Below are positions 51,770 to 62,734 of a stretch of 64,000 bases of DNA, piece by piece. The stretch's first letter is position 1. Every line of letters starts with the position of its first letter. The stretch covers positions 70,102,587 to 70,166,586 of the forward strand of contig NC_058132.1 in the NCBI RefSeq assembly GCF_016433145.1, given 5' to 3'. The notes under the pieces are model-generated. The model saw only the letters and a list, made by a program, of their open reading frames with translations. It was not told the origin of the DNA and did not search any database. A program made the translations under genes and the position numbers. The DNA is from Gracilinanus agilis (Eukaryota).

Positions 51770-52084
51770 CTGTGAAGGAAACAGAGATGCTTGTAAACCC
51801 TACTATAACATTATTACCTCCTCCCATATAGCCTGAAGACTCTCAGTCATCAGAACCTGTTGGCTCACTAGAGTCCAGAGGATGAATGAGTAACAGAAAA
51901 CAAAGGCTAATGTTAGGCGGACGGTCACGAGGGCCATTTCTCCTCTACCTCGGGCACCTGTGTCTGGGAGAAATGGAAGTCAGATGTACCTGCTGGAAAT
52001 TGGTTCATGAAGGGGTTAAGATGAGAGAAGAGTGGCTAGTGCAGGGGAGATGACCCGAGATTTGAAGGATCAAGGGATTGGAAA

Positions 52085-52689
52085 TGTAAGGGTTAAAAAT
52101 TAAAGATTGGACTAAATATATAAAAACGTGGTCACCAGAAATTATTACTCAAGCCAGAATGACTTTATAACAATTTATTTATAAAATAGAGGGAAAGAGT
52201 GAAAGTAAGGAAATGAGAAAGAATAGATATTTACTCTGCCCAGCAAAGGGGGCCCAGAGGTAAATTAAACAAGGGTTTTAGCCATGAGGCCTCCTCTAAG
52301 ATGAGGAGCCTCTCCAGAGGCTAGTACCTCCAGAATAAGTCAGGGAAAGGAAGTCAGCCTTTTTCATTCACCCACATGGTAGTCCTAATAGAAAGTAGTC
52401 CTCAGCTGGAGCTCCTCCAAGGTCAAGTTGAAGGCAAAAGACCTTCTCACAGGAAGTTCTTGCCACTTTTAAAGACCATTTCTTTTCATCACTTCCTGTG
52501 CCTTCTTTCCACTTTATGTGGACCAATTACAGCTAAAGCTTTTCTTAGGACTTCCCAGGGGACAGTCAGTCAATTATGATTCGTCACCCACTTTCACACA
52601 TCTCCACATACTTAAAGATAAGTGGGGTGTATAAGCTTTTGGTGATTAAATCTAAGAATGGGCAGGGAAAAGTTAATCCCATCTTCACA
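52085..52689 (-). mobile_element. Full-length ERV solo LTR (605 bp), same sense as SNRNP40
   Basis: TG...CA termini (tgtaaggg...cttcaca); minus-strand AATAAA at 52179-52174; homologous to the 35301-35727 LTR; TSD not clear. Confidence 0.8.
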
Positions 52690-53690
52690 GAAGTCACAAT
52701 GTGGATGAAGAGTAGGGTTATGATATAAGGGAAGTAAGAAGGAAAAGTAAAAAAATTAATAGATTATGATCAGATAAAAAGGGATTTCAGAGTTCTTGAA
52801 CTTGAAGGTGGCACATCTGTGAGTGATGGCAAGATCAAGGGTATTATTGTGAGGCCAAGGTGGAGTAAAAGAGTAGTTCATGAGATGTGAGTAGGTTGAG
52901 GATATTTGAGGGAGAAATCAATATTTATATTAAAGCACCCTAGTAAGAAGGCAGAAATTGAGGAGAGAAAAATTGTGAGCCAGGTATTAAAGGAAAAGGA
53001 GCGACCTAAGGATTTAGAGACAGCAATGAGCAGGTTTTTAACTGGGTGGTAAATAGGAATAGCATTAATGTCAAAGAAAGAGGGGATTATTAAATAATGA
53101 TAGAAAAAGGAAGTCTCTAGAAGTAGCAATGGGAAAAAAGGAATATTCTAGCTCTCCCACTTCTACTAGTAAGCTAAAGAGAGTGAGTGAAGATGCAGCT
53201 AAGTACTGAAAAGGGTGTCAAGGAGATTGTGTCATCAGGGGAAAGCCAGGTTTCAGTAAGAGATATTGGAAAGTGTGGGAGAGGAAAAGATTTAAGATGA
53301 AGCGAAGCCTTGTTTATGGAACAGGCATTCCAGAGGGCACAATGGAAGAACAGAGTGGAGTTAAGATGAAACTTTGGGGTGAAAGGGTTGAAGGTCGTGG
53401 GAATGAGGAACTGAGTAATGGAGGAGTAGAGTGGAGTTTGAATGATGATCTAAAGGAGTTCAGAATCACTGCGATGTGAAAGGTATAACCAGGTGTGAGA
53501 AAGTCCATGACTTGTGGGTGCCACTCTATCTTCAAAGGGTAGGTGCAGCAGGATGGGAGGTCTGAAATAGAAGGGAGGGGTGCTCTTCTTTGCATCAGAA
53601 GTTCTTCATATCCTAGTTGGGAGAACAGCAGGAAGTGAAAGATGCCTTGTGCTGGTATAGATGGAAGTGTTTCCTTTGGGGCAGATGGAA
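52690..53690 (-). mobile_element. L2 upstream remnant including an APE-endonuclease motif
   Basis: ORF 52878..53129 contains FNTWLTIFLSSISAFLLGCFNINID (cf. L2 WLTVFLSS..LILGDFNIHID). Confidence 0.7.
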
Positions 53691-53878
53691 GGCACATAGC
53701 CTGGGCCCTAACAGTTTTACATCAGGAGACACACTGTTCCCAGAAACAGGTGGAAGACATAATGTTCTAGGGGTCAGTCTTCTCACCTGATGCTACAGAA
53801 TTAGTCCTTATATCTAAGCTCAAACTGTCCCAGATGTACATGTTTTTCCCTCTGCTAGTCATGCTAGGCAAAAGTTTC

Positions 53879-53917
<39 letters not shown>

Positions 53918-54429
53918 CTCCAATTTTGTTGTTCAGGTTTGACTCTGTGACTCCATTTGAGGTTTTCTTAGCAGAGATATTGGAGGTTTTTGCCATTTCT
54001 TTTTCCAACTTATTTTACAGATGAAGAACTAAGGCAAACAGGATTGAGTGACTCACCCAGGGTCACACAATAAGTATCTAAAGTCAGATGTGAACTTAGG
54101 AAATTAAGTCATTCTAATTTCAGGCCCCAAAATTTATCCACTGTACCACCTACCTTAATTGGCTCCAATTAAACCAATTCATTATCCAAAAAGCATAACT
54201 CCAGATACAGTCTTCCCTCAATCTATTTCTGTAATTCCCGAACACATTTTTGTTGTCCTTTCTCACCTCTCAGTAAAATGTAAGCTGGAAATAAACAAAA
54301 TTCTAGAAAGTTTCCTATTCAGCTTAATCAGGCATACTATAAAAAATATCTGGGAATTTCAGTGTACTGCCAGACCCAAGCCAAATTCAAGGGATGACAA
54401 AGCTGTCAAAAAAAAGCTTATGTAACATT

Positions 54430-55020
54430 AAGATACAGAGTCAGAGTATACATAAGAAGATTAAAAAGTTCACAATACACTGCTCTGGTCAAAACATATG
54501 AGGGGGGCAGCTGGGTAGCTCAGTGGAGTGAGAGTCAGGCCTAGAGACAGGAGGTCCTAGGTTCAAACCCGGCCTCAGCCACTTCCCAGCTGTGTGACCC
54601 TGGGCAAGTCACTTGACCCCCATTGCCCACCCTTACCACTCTTCCACCTATGAGACAATACACCGAAGTACAAGGGTTTAAAAAAAACAAAAACAAAACA
54701 TATGAGATATGCTCAGTTTGGGGCACCATTCTGAGAAGGTCATGGGTTAAGACTTGGAGTGCATTCAAAGAAGCATTAATGGAATGATGAGAGGACTGAA
54801 GACCATATCATAAAAGGATAAGTGAAAGATCTGGGGATTCCTAGGTTGGAGAAGAAAAGCCTTTGAGGGACATGTGGAAAAGGGATTAGATGCGTTCTTC
54901 TTGGCCATACAGGAAAGAATTAGGAACAATAAGTATTGCAGACAGGCAGATTTAGGATTGATGTAAAGAAATACTTCCTTAATAAGAGTTGAATCTAAGC
55001 AGGAATCTAAGCATAGTGTC
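54430..55020 (+). mobile_element. L3/CR1 remnant split by a young SINE
   Basis: ctgctctggtc...|...ctcagtttggggcacca...ggcagatttaggattgatgtaaag; SINE inserted at 54503-54693. Confidence 0.75.
54503..54693 (+). mobile_element. Young SINE1_Mdo-like SINE, 13-bp TSD
   Basis: caaaacatatgag at 54490-54502 and 54694-54706; CpGs retained. Confidence 0.93.
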
Positions 55021-55540
55021 TCTAACACATTCAAGTATACTTTTATTTTCTCTTAAATCTCCTTCCATAGTAGCAGGAATTCATACCATTTCCCCTTGAT
55101 AAGCTCATCTTTCCAAATATGGAGTGATTTCTGTGAGAAATTATTTGTAATATATTTAAGTTATGGTTTGAATCTGACAGTTTGCATGTCTCCTAAAAAA
55201 GCAGGTAATAAAGATTATGGTTATGAAAAGAATGCTTTTATAACTGAGTTCTTAGAAAAAGATAGAGTTGGGAGTCAGACAGTTAATTTCTCAGGGCCTA
55301 TAAAGCAACACCTTATTCTCTCTTCTTTTCCAGCCTCAAAGATCTGCAACATCACCCTGCCCTACCTCCCACCCCATTCACTCCCACTCTTTCTTTCCCT
55401 TCTGATATTCTTTCTCCTCCTCCTCTCCCCACACTCCCTGTGCTGACATATATGTTTATTATTGTAGCTTTCAAGGTATTTTCAAAACCATAACTCCTTA
55501 AAGATGAAGTATTAAAGAAGATTCATAAATAATGTCTTAC

Positions 55541-55670
55541 AGATGAGCCGGTCAAATCCTGCAGATGCTAGGGTGGATCCATTAGGGTGGAACTTGCTAC
55601 AGTATACTTCCCCTTCGTGTCCCGAGAGCAGCATGATAGGAGCCTGAAGAGAGGAACACCGTGGAGGACC
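55541..55670 (-). CDS. SNRNP40: SNRNP40 exon 2 (GPPRCSSLQAPIMLLSGHEGEVYCSKFHPNGSTLASAGFDRLI)
   Basis: Manual translation; acceptor TTTAG|, donor |GTAAGA; 130 nt. Absent from the ORF track. Confidence 0.97.
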
Positions 55671-56419
55671 CTAAACACACAAGAGAAAGACAGGTTGGTC
55701 GTCACATCCATGGGTTTAAGAAGAAGACCTTAGTGCTTATTTGTTGGTTAGTTTCTTTTTCAGAGGGAAAGGAAGGAAAGAATACAGAGAAAAGAGAGGA
55801 CATATTAAGAAAAAAAGAACATAAGAAAGCACTTTTTTTCCTTTTTAACAATGAAATAGATAAACATGTTTTATCCAAATTTACAGAGAGCTAAATTACA
55901 ACTAATTTTGAGTATCAAAACTATTATGACTTTCTTGCTTTATTTCCACTCATGGTTGTCTCCTGGAAAATAGTGAGTCAGTCAATAATTAGTTAGTAAG
56001 TACTGAGAATACAAAGGAAAGCAAAAAAAATGGTCCCTGTCCTCAAGGAGCTCACTTTCTAATAGTGGAGATGATGTACAAATAACTTTCTACATACAGG
56101 ACAAATACAGAGTAGATGGAAGGTAATTTCCTAGGGAAGACAGGAGCAGTGCGAGGATAGGAGGGGAAAAGCAAGGCCTCTGGCAGAAGGTGGGGTTTGA
56201 GATGAGTCTTAGAGAAAAATCCAGGAGGAACAGGTAAAAAAGGAGAACATGCCAAGCACAAAAAGCAAGCAGGGAAAAGGCATAGAGCAAGGAGATGGAC
56301 TATATGGGAAGGAAGCTGGAGTCATTGAACCACAAAGTATAAGACTGAAAGGAAAGGAAGGTTATATTTTCTATTTGATCCTGGAAGTAACATGGAAACA
56401 TTGGAGTTTATCCAGTCAT

Positions 56420-56535
56420 ATGTGTGTGTATGTGTCTGTCTGCCTGTGTGTGTGTGTCTCTGTGTATGTCAGAGAGAGAGAAAGAGAGAGAGAGAAAGAG
56501 AGAGAGAGAAATAGAGAGAGAGAAAGAGAGAGAAT
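56420..56535. repeat. Compound (TG)n/(AG)n microsatellite
   Basis: Direct inspection. Other simple repeats: (TA)n 750-795, GA-rich 40300-40415, poly(A) 53882-53913, (AAT)n 59102-59131. Confidence 0.95.
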
Positions 56536-59500
56536 AGACTCTACCACTAACTCAATTTAAGTAATCTGTTAAATGTTTAAATGCAGAGAGTAACATCTGT
56601 CCTAGTGACCTCATGTGGCTACTGTGCCAATAAAATGTGATAAAATATGTCAAATTGTTTTTTAAAGTTTGGCTACAGTAACTTATTCAATTGCTTGCTG
56701 ATTCAATTCATCTTGTATTTATTAAGCTTCTTTTATAGACAAGAGAGGTGCTAGGAGCTAGGGATATATAGACAAAAATAAAACTCGGGACATATAAGTG
56801 TGCACATATAATTGAATTCAATAACAGAGGGTAGGGGTGTGAAGAACACTAACACCTAGGGATGAGGGAACTGTGGGAAGCAGGGGAAGACTTCAAAGCA
56901 GATATACCCCAAATGAAGGAAAATACAGATTATAAAAGGTAGAAACAAGGAAGGTGTACACTCCAGGAATGGGATGGCAGGGGTAGGAGACAGAACAGGG
57001 AGATTTTGGTAATCCAGCACAGCTGGACTATAATGTCTCCAAAGTTTTAGAATAAAAAGAATCACCAACATTTATGGATTGCACTTCATCTATATTATTT
57101 CATATGACTCTCATAACAGCTCTATAGGGAAAGTACTATAAGAATTATCTCCATTCTTTTTAGGTGAGAAAATTGAGAAAAGAAGCATTCAGTGACTTGC
57201 TACAATCTCAGATCCAGCAGAAGGTGGGTAGTCCCACCTGACTCTAATCTAGCATGCTTTCCATTACTTCATGCTGCCTTTATTTAGTAAGGTGGAATAG
57301 GGTGAATCTGGTTGGTGAGCTCCCTATAGAGAAGCAAAGGACTATACATGTGAATGCTACAGCGGTTGGTAGACACAGGTGATGCATCAATCTGTTTTCT
57401 GAAATTATTTCTTGATAATATGAGAGTATTATGGGTGGGTAGAGGGGGAGATAAGATTTTTTTTTAACTCTTACTTTCTGTCCAAGTATCAATTCTAAGA
57501 GAAAAGAGTGGCAAGGGCTAAACAATTGCCCAGGGTCACATAGCTAGGAAGTATATGAGGCCAGATTTGAATTCAGTTCTATGGACTCCAGGCCTTGCAC
57601 TCTATCCACTATGCCATTTAGCTGCCCTGAGCTAGATGTTTTTAAAAGGCATTAATAAAATATTTTCTAAAAAATAAAGGCAATGAGAATCCTTTGTGGA
57701 AGGTTGAGTTTTATTTTATCCAAGAGGCAATGGGGAGCCACTGAGGATTTCTGCCAGGGGAGTGCCATGGGCAGAAATATGCCTTAAGAAAATTTTGGCA
57801 TCTGTGTGGAGAACTGAGGGTTATGGGAAAAGCCTGGAATCAAGGAGGCAAGTCAGAGGTTATTATAATACCATATCACAATACCAAAGGGGACAAGAAC
57901 CTGAAAAAGGATGCTGACAGCACAAAAGGAAAAGAAAGGCCCAAATGGGAAAGGCATTATGGAGACAAAACCTGATGGGACTTATTAATAAGATTTGGGA
58001 AAGGGAAAAGTCAAGGATGACTCCAAGCTTATGAATCTGGATTATTTTGAGGGAAAAAAACCTAGGCAATTTGAGGAGAGGTAGAAATGATGATTAAACT
58101 TATACTGGGGATTAAGAACACTGAGGGATAATCTAGCCAGAAGGTCAAGGACCAAGCTTTGGGGGATACCAACATCTGGGGGATACCAACATTTAAGGGC
58201 AACAGACTGATGAAGCAGCAAAAAGACTGAGGAGGCACAGAGATTATATCTCCTTTCAGTTACCCACTGGAAAAGAAGCAGGGTCTAATGGAGAGAGTTC
58301 TGGAGTTGAAGGGAGAAAGACCTAGTTGGAACCCATACTTTTGACACTTACTAACTTTAAAGGCCAGGCATAAATCACTTAACTCTCTGAGGCTCAGTTT
58401 ACCCATCTGCAAGAAAATGAATATAAAGTTCTTAATAAATAATCTTAGAGTGCTACACAAAAATAAGCTTTCCTAATGCCCAAGTATTAAAAGGGTACAA
58501 CCAAAACACTGAAAGCAGTCCTATATAATCCATTACCAAGATGTCAATCAATAAGCACAAAGTACTAATCATATATAAAGGACTATGCTTTATCATAGCT
58601 GAGATAAAAAAGTTTAGATAACAGATAACTCACATTTATGTAGCCTTTAAGATTGCAAAGCTCTTTCTCCAAAGTAACCCTGATGTAGGGAAATGGAATT
58701 ATTATCCCCATTTTACTGATAAGGAAACTGAGGCTCAGTGTTGAAATGACTTGCCCAAGGAAATATTGCTAATAACAAGCCACAACTTGAATCCAAATCA
58801 CTTGATGCCCAAACTAGCATTCTTTGCCTTATACTGGGCATTCTCTTACATAGCATCTGTCATTACTACAAAGATCTGTGTAGAGGTGCGACAAAATACT
58901 AATATAGAAAACTAGGCTATTCAACATTACATGACAAATACAGGGGGGGGTGCAAAATAAGTTTCTTCAAGGTATAAAGAAGCAGAATATGAATAACTGG
59001 GAAACTCTGGGCAAATCACTTAAAATTCAATTGCCTAGCCTTTACTGCCTTTCTGCCTTGGAACTGATACTTAGTATCTATTCTAAAATGGTAATGATTA
59101 AAAATAATAATAATAATAATAATAATAATAACTAAGGAGATCACTTGGGCTTGTCTGTAAAAGCAGAAGAGCCTTCAAACTGAAATTAGGAGACATGAGT
59201 TCAAATTCAATCTCTGCTATCTATGAATGACCTAATCTGTAAATTGAGGAGGTGGCCTGGGCCATATCTCAGGTCCTTCCTACCTCTAAATCATATGCTC
59301 CTAAATTAAAAGGGCTCTGCAAACAACAGGCATCCAGGCCAGTTTTTGTATCCCTTTGTTCATAGACAACAGGATGGTATTCAAGACAAGACCAAAGATC
59401 TAGGGGTTGAGGCCTGGCTCCATCGCTTGAACAAGGCAATTACATACTTTGAGCCTCAGCTTATTCCTTGAGAAATTAGAGGATGAGACTAGATAGTGTC

Positions 59501-59569
59501 TAAGATCCTTTTATTTGCTAAAGTCATTCAATAACATTTATTAAGAGCTTACTATATGCCAGGCACTAT

Positions 59570-61300
59570 GCTAAGCAAGGCGATTCAAAGGTAAAAGACA
59601 GTAAATACTCTCAAGGAGCTCTAATGTAAATGTAATGTAAACAGCTATGTATAAACTAGCTTGTACAAAGTAAATTGGAAATAATCACCAGAGAAAAAGC
59701 CTCCATATTAAGGGAGAATGGGAAAGGTTTCTTAAAAAAAGGTAGTATTTTAGTTGGCACTTAAAGCCAGGGACACCAGCAGGCAGAGATTAGATGGGAG
59801 AGCATTTCACACGTGGGGGACGGTCAATGAAAATGCCCCAAGTCTGGAGATGAAGTGTTTTGTTCAAGAACAGGAAGAAGGCCAGTGTCAGTGGAGGAGT
59901 GTACAAAATGTAAGAAGACCAGAAAGGGAATAAGGCGGTGCAGAGGGGGAAGAAGCCCTAAATTATCAAGGGCTTTGATTTCAAAATAAGATTTTATTTG
60001 ATTATGGAGATGATAGGGAACCACTGGAGTTTATCAAGGGGTGGGGGGTGAGGGTGGAATATTATAGTCAGACCTGCATTTTAGGAAGATCACACTTGAA
60101 TGGAGGATGAACTAGAGTGGGGAGAGCTAGGGAGACCAACCAGAGGATTATTAAATAGTCCAACTTTGAGTTGATGAAGGCCTATATCAGAGTAATAGCA
60201 ATGTTAGAGGAAAGAAAGAGGTGTATGTGAGAGATGTTACAAGAGATCTAACATTTGGAGATGAGAGATTAGAGCTCAGCAGAGAGGTTAGGGTAGGATA
60301 AGTAGATTTGAAAATTGTCAGCAAAAGATGATAATTAAATTCACAGAAGTTAACAATATCACCAAGAGAAGTAGAGAGAAGTGAAGAGGGCGCAAGACAA
60401 AATCTTACAGACCCTCTCAGTGTGTGTGACTTTGAAGAGAATCCAGGAAAGGAGACTGAGAAGGAGCAGTCAGAAGATAAGAGGGAGAACTAGAGAGAAG
60501 AGAGCGAACAGTGTTGAGCATTGAAGAGAGATCAAGAAGGATGAGAGAATTGAAAAAAGGCCATTAGATTTGGAAAATGAAAGATCATCAGTCACTTTCA
60601 AGAGGGGTTTCAGTTGAAATGATGGGCTCTGAAAGCAGACCAGAGTTAAGAAGTGACAGAAAGGAAGTGGAAGTGCCTATTACAGTCAGCCTTCTCAAAG
60701 AGTTTCATCACAAAAAGGAGGTGAGATAAACAAAAACAGCTAGAAGGGTCAAATGGATTAAGTGAATTTTTTTTGAAGAGAAGAGAGCATGTTTACAGGC
60801 AGCAGGGAAATAGCCAACAAAATGATTCAAAATAGTGAGAGATAAGTAAGAGGGGATGATAAAAGGAGCAATCATCTGAAAACAGGTAAGAATGATATCA
60901 CAGGTGCAGGTAGAAGGGTTAGCCTTGGCAAAGAAAAGGGAGATAGTGGCAGAAGACATGAGTGATATGAAATGAGGAGGAGAAAAGAGGAAGCTCACAC
61001 AGAATAACTTCAAATTTTTCTATAAAATATGAATAGTCCAACTTTGAGGTGATGAAGGCCTGTACCAGAGTAGCAGAAGCTGAGTCTCAGCTTATCCCTT
61101 GAAAAATCAGAGGATGAGACCAGATAGTGTCTAATGTCCTTTTATTTGCTAAAACCTAAAATCATTCAGCTGAGAGAATGAAGGAGGGAGGCAGGTTTAA
61201 GAAGGGGTTTGGAAGAATCCTTGTAGAAAATGGGATAGTGAGCTGATTAGAGAGGTATAATTGGGATATCTTTTAGCATTGAAGGCCCAATTGAGGTTAT
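59570..61300 (-). mobile_element. L2 remnants (RT to 3' end)
   Basis: Purine-rich plus strand with antisense L2 motifs (aacatttattaagagcttactatatgccaggcact; ccactggagttt; gatcatcagtcactttca). Confidence 0.75.
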
Positions 61301-61814
61301 GAAATACATATCCTAGTGGACATGGTATGATTTTGTGGTTTTTCTCCAACTTCTTTCAGCAGCAAGTAGTGTTTTCAAAAAAATAGTAGGTGTTTTCAAG
61401 TCCTAAATGTGTTATCACATAGAAAAGACCTTTCCTCCTCGTTCCTCCCCACCTAGAATCAAACAGAAAGATGTAGATTTCATCTCAATAGAAGGGAAAA
61501 AAATTTCTAATTTTGAAAACTGTCCAAAAGTCGAATGGGTAGCATTGAAAGTTACTGAGCCCTCCCTCAGAGTAAATGTGTCCCCCTGGTGGGAAATTAG
61601 GTCACTTGTCAGCATCTATGAATGTATAATCTCTTTGGGCCTCAGGTTCACCATCTGCAAAATAAGGGTTCTGGCTTAGAAAGTGTCTGGGCTTCCTTTA
61701 AGCTCTGACAACTTTGAGTCTATAACTTCTCTGAGCCTCAGTTTCTCTCTCTGTAAAGGAAGAAAACTGGGCTTTGAAGGTATGTTCCCGAGGTCCCCTC
61801 TAGTTCTGACAGTC

Positions 61815-62035
61815 AGGGGACGAGGGCGGAAAAGGGAAAAAAGGAGAAAGAGCAGGGGAAGGAGGAGGAAAGGAGTATGAAAGGAGAAAGAAGAGGAGAA
61901 GGAGGAAAGGGGTTGGGAAAGGAGGAGGAAGGGAAGAAGAGGGGGGAGGAGGAAGAGATGGTGAAAGAGGGTAGGAAAAGAGAAAAAGGGAAAGAGAGAG
62001 GAGGAAAAAGGAATGAGACCTGACAGGAGGAGACA
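61815..62035. repeat. ~220-bp polypurine/polypyrimidine low-complexity tract
   Basis: Almost exclusively G/A on the plus strand, starting ~40 nt into intron 1. Confidence 0.9.
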
Positions 62036-62072
62036 GGGCTGGTAGCTGGGGCCAGCTCATTAGTTCACTTAC

Positions 62073-62225
62073 TGCTTGTAGCAGGGCCCCCGGCGGCGGC
62101 TGCTGGCCCGCAGCAGGCCCGGCCCCAGCCCCTGGTCCGGCCGCTCCCAACAGCAGCTCATGCCGGGGCCGCTTGAGGGGCACCAGCGGCAACTCCGGGC
62201 CCTTTCGCTTGTGTTGCTCGATCAT
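62073..62225 (-). CDS. SNRNP40: SNRNP40 exon 1 coding part (MIEQHKRKGPELPLVPLKRPRHELLLGAAGPGAGAGPAAGQQPPPGALLQA)
   Basis: ATG at 62225-62223 in GCC ATG context inside the CpG island; donor GCA|GTAAGT; phase 0. Confidence 0.96.
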
Positions 62226-62674
62226 GGCTGACTCTAGTAGCGCGGACCGCTCAGTCCACAGGCCGCGCCGGGGTCTATGGCCCGGCTCCCATTGGCCTAG
62301 GATATCCCCTCCCACCAAGGAACTTCCGTCCTTAGCTGGACCAATCAATTTTCCGAATGTGTTCCAGAGCAAGAGTAGAGTAGTTAATTCTGTCTCACCT
62401 CTTCTTATTGGACAGATGTCGAAGCCTTCACAGCAAACATCAGAATGTGATTGGTTGCTATGTGTGTATGTGAGCTGGGTGTCAATAAACTTCCTGTGAG
62501 GAGTACTTTGTTAACTTTTCCTTGCCTCTTCTTATTGGGACAGAAACTGGACTGTCACTGCGAGAATCAAACTGCGATTGGTCAATGCATCCAGGGGGCG
62601 AGTTTCCTGGGCGCGCGGTGCCTGATGGACGGCAGCTAACGGATTGGCTAAGGGGAAGCCTGGTGTGGGATTGG

Positions 62675-62734
62675 CTGCGAACTGAGCGCTTCATGGCGGC
62701 TTCCTCTTAGATCTTGTACCCTGCGGGCGTCCGA
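62675..62734 (+). other. ZCCHC17: Putative non-coding first exon of the divergent gene (ZCCHC17 by synteny)
   Basis: GC-rich segment just past the CCAAT cluster, ending at donor GA|GTGAGT (62735), with an alternative donor CAG|GTGGGA (62789). Identity rests only on the recalled head-to-head SNRNP40/ZCCHC17 arrangement in mammals. The start coordinate is a guess. Confidence 0.5.

Larger units (their letters stand above)
11519..62225 (-). other. SNRNP40: SNRNP40 gene, CDS span (10 coding exons, 361 aa WD40-repeat U5 snRNP protein)
   Basis: Exon CDS lengths 153+130+94+166+123+121+83+62+104+50=1086 nt, all flanked by AG/GT. The spliced translation is uninterrupted and matches the recalled human SNRNP40 protein (MIEQ..KRKGPELPLVP...WD repeats...SSDKRLYMGEIQ*). 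Confidence 0.98.

Noticed and set aside
54541-54768. Apparent small-protein family (GGRVVRVGNGGQVTCPGSHSWEV.EAGFEPRTS) also at 30861-31088 and 63184-63378
   Set aside because: Antisense reading of near-identical young SINE copies.
58160-58193. 17-bp tandem duplication tgggggataccaacat(c/t)
   Set aside because: Ordinary slippage inside an L2 remnant.
11569-62072. U12-type introns, CRISPR arrays, tRNA/rRNA genes, intact transposase or RT genes
   Set aside because: All donors are U2-type GT without GTATCCT. There are no spacer-repeat arrays, tRNA-like heads belong to SINEs, and all element ORFs are disrupted.
61800-62372. 190-aa ORF suggesting a longer SNRNP40 N-terminus and novel C-terminus
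   Set aside because: It starts at a TTG in the promoter and reads through the exon 1 donor into the pyrimidine tract. Only 62225-62073 is real CDS.
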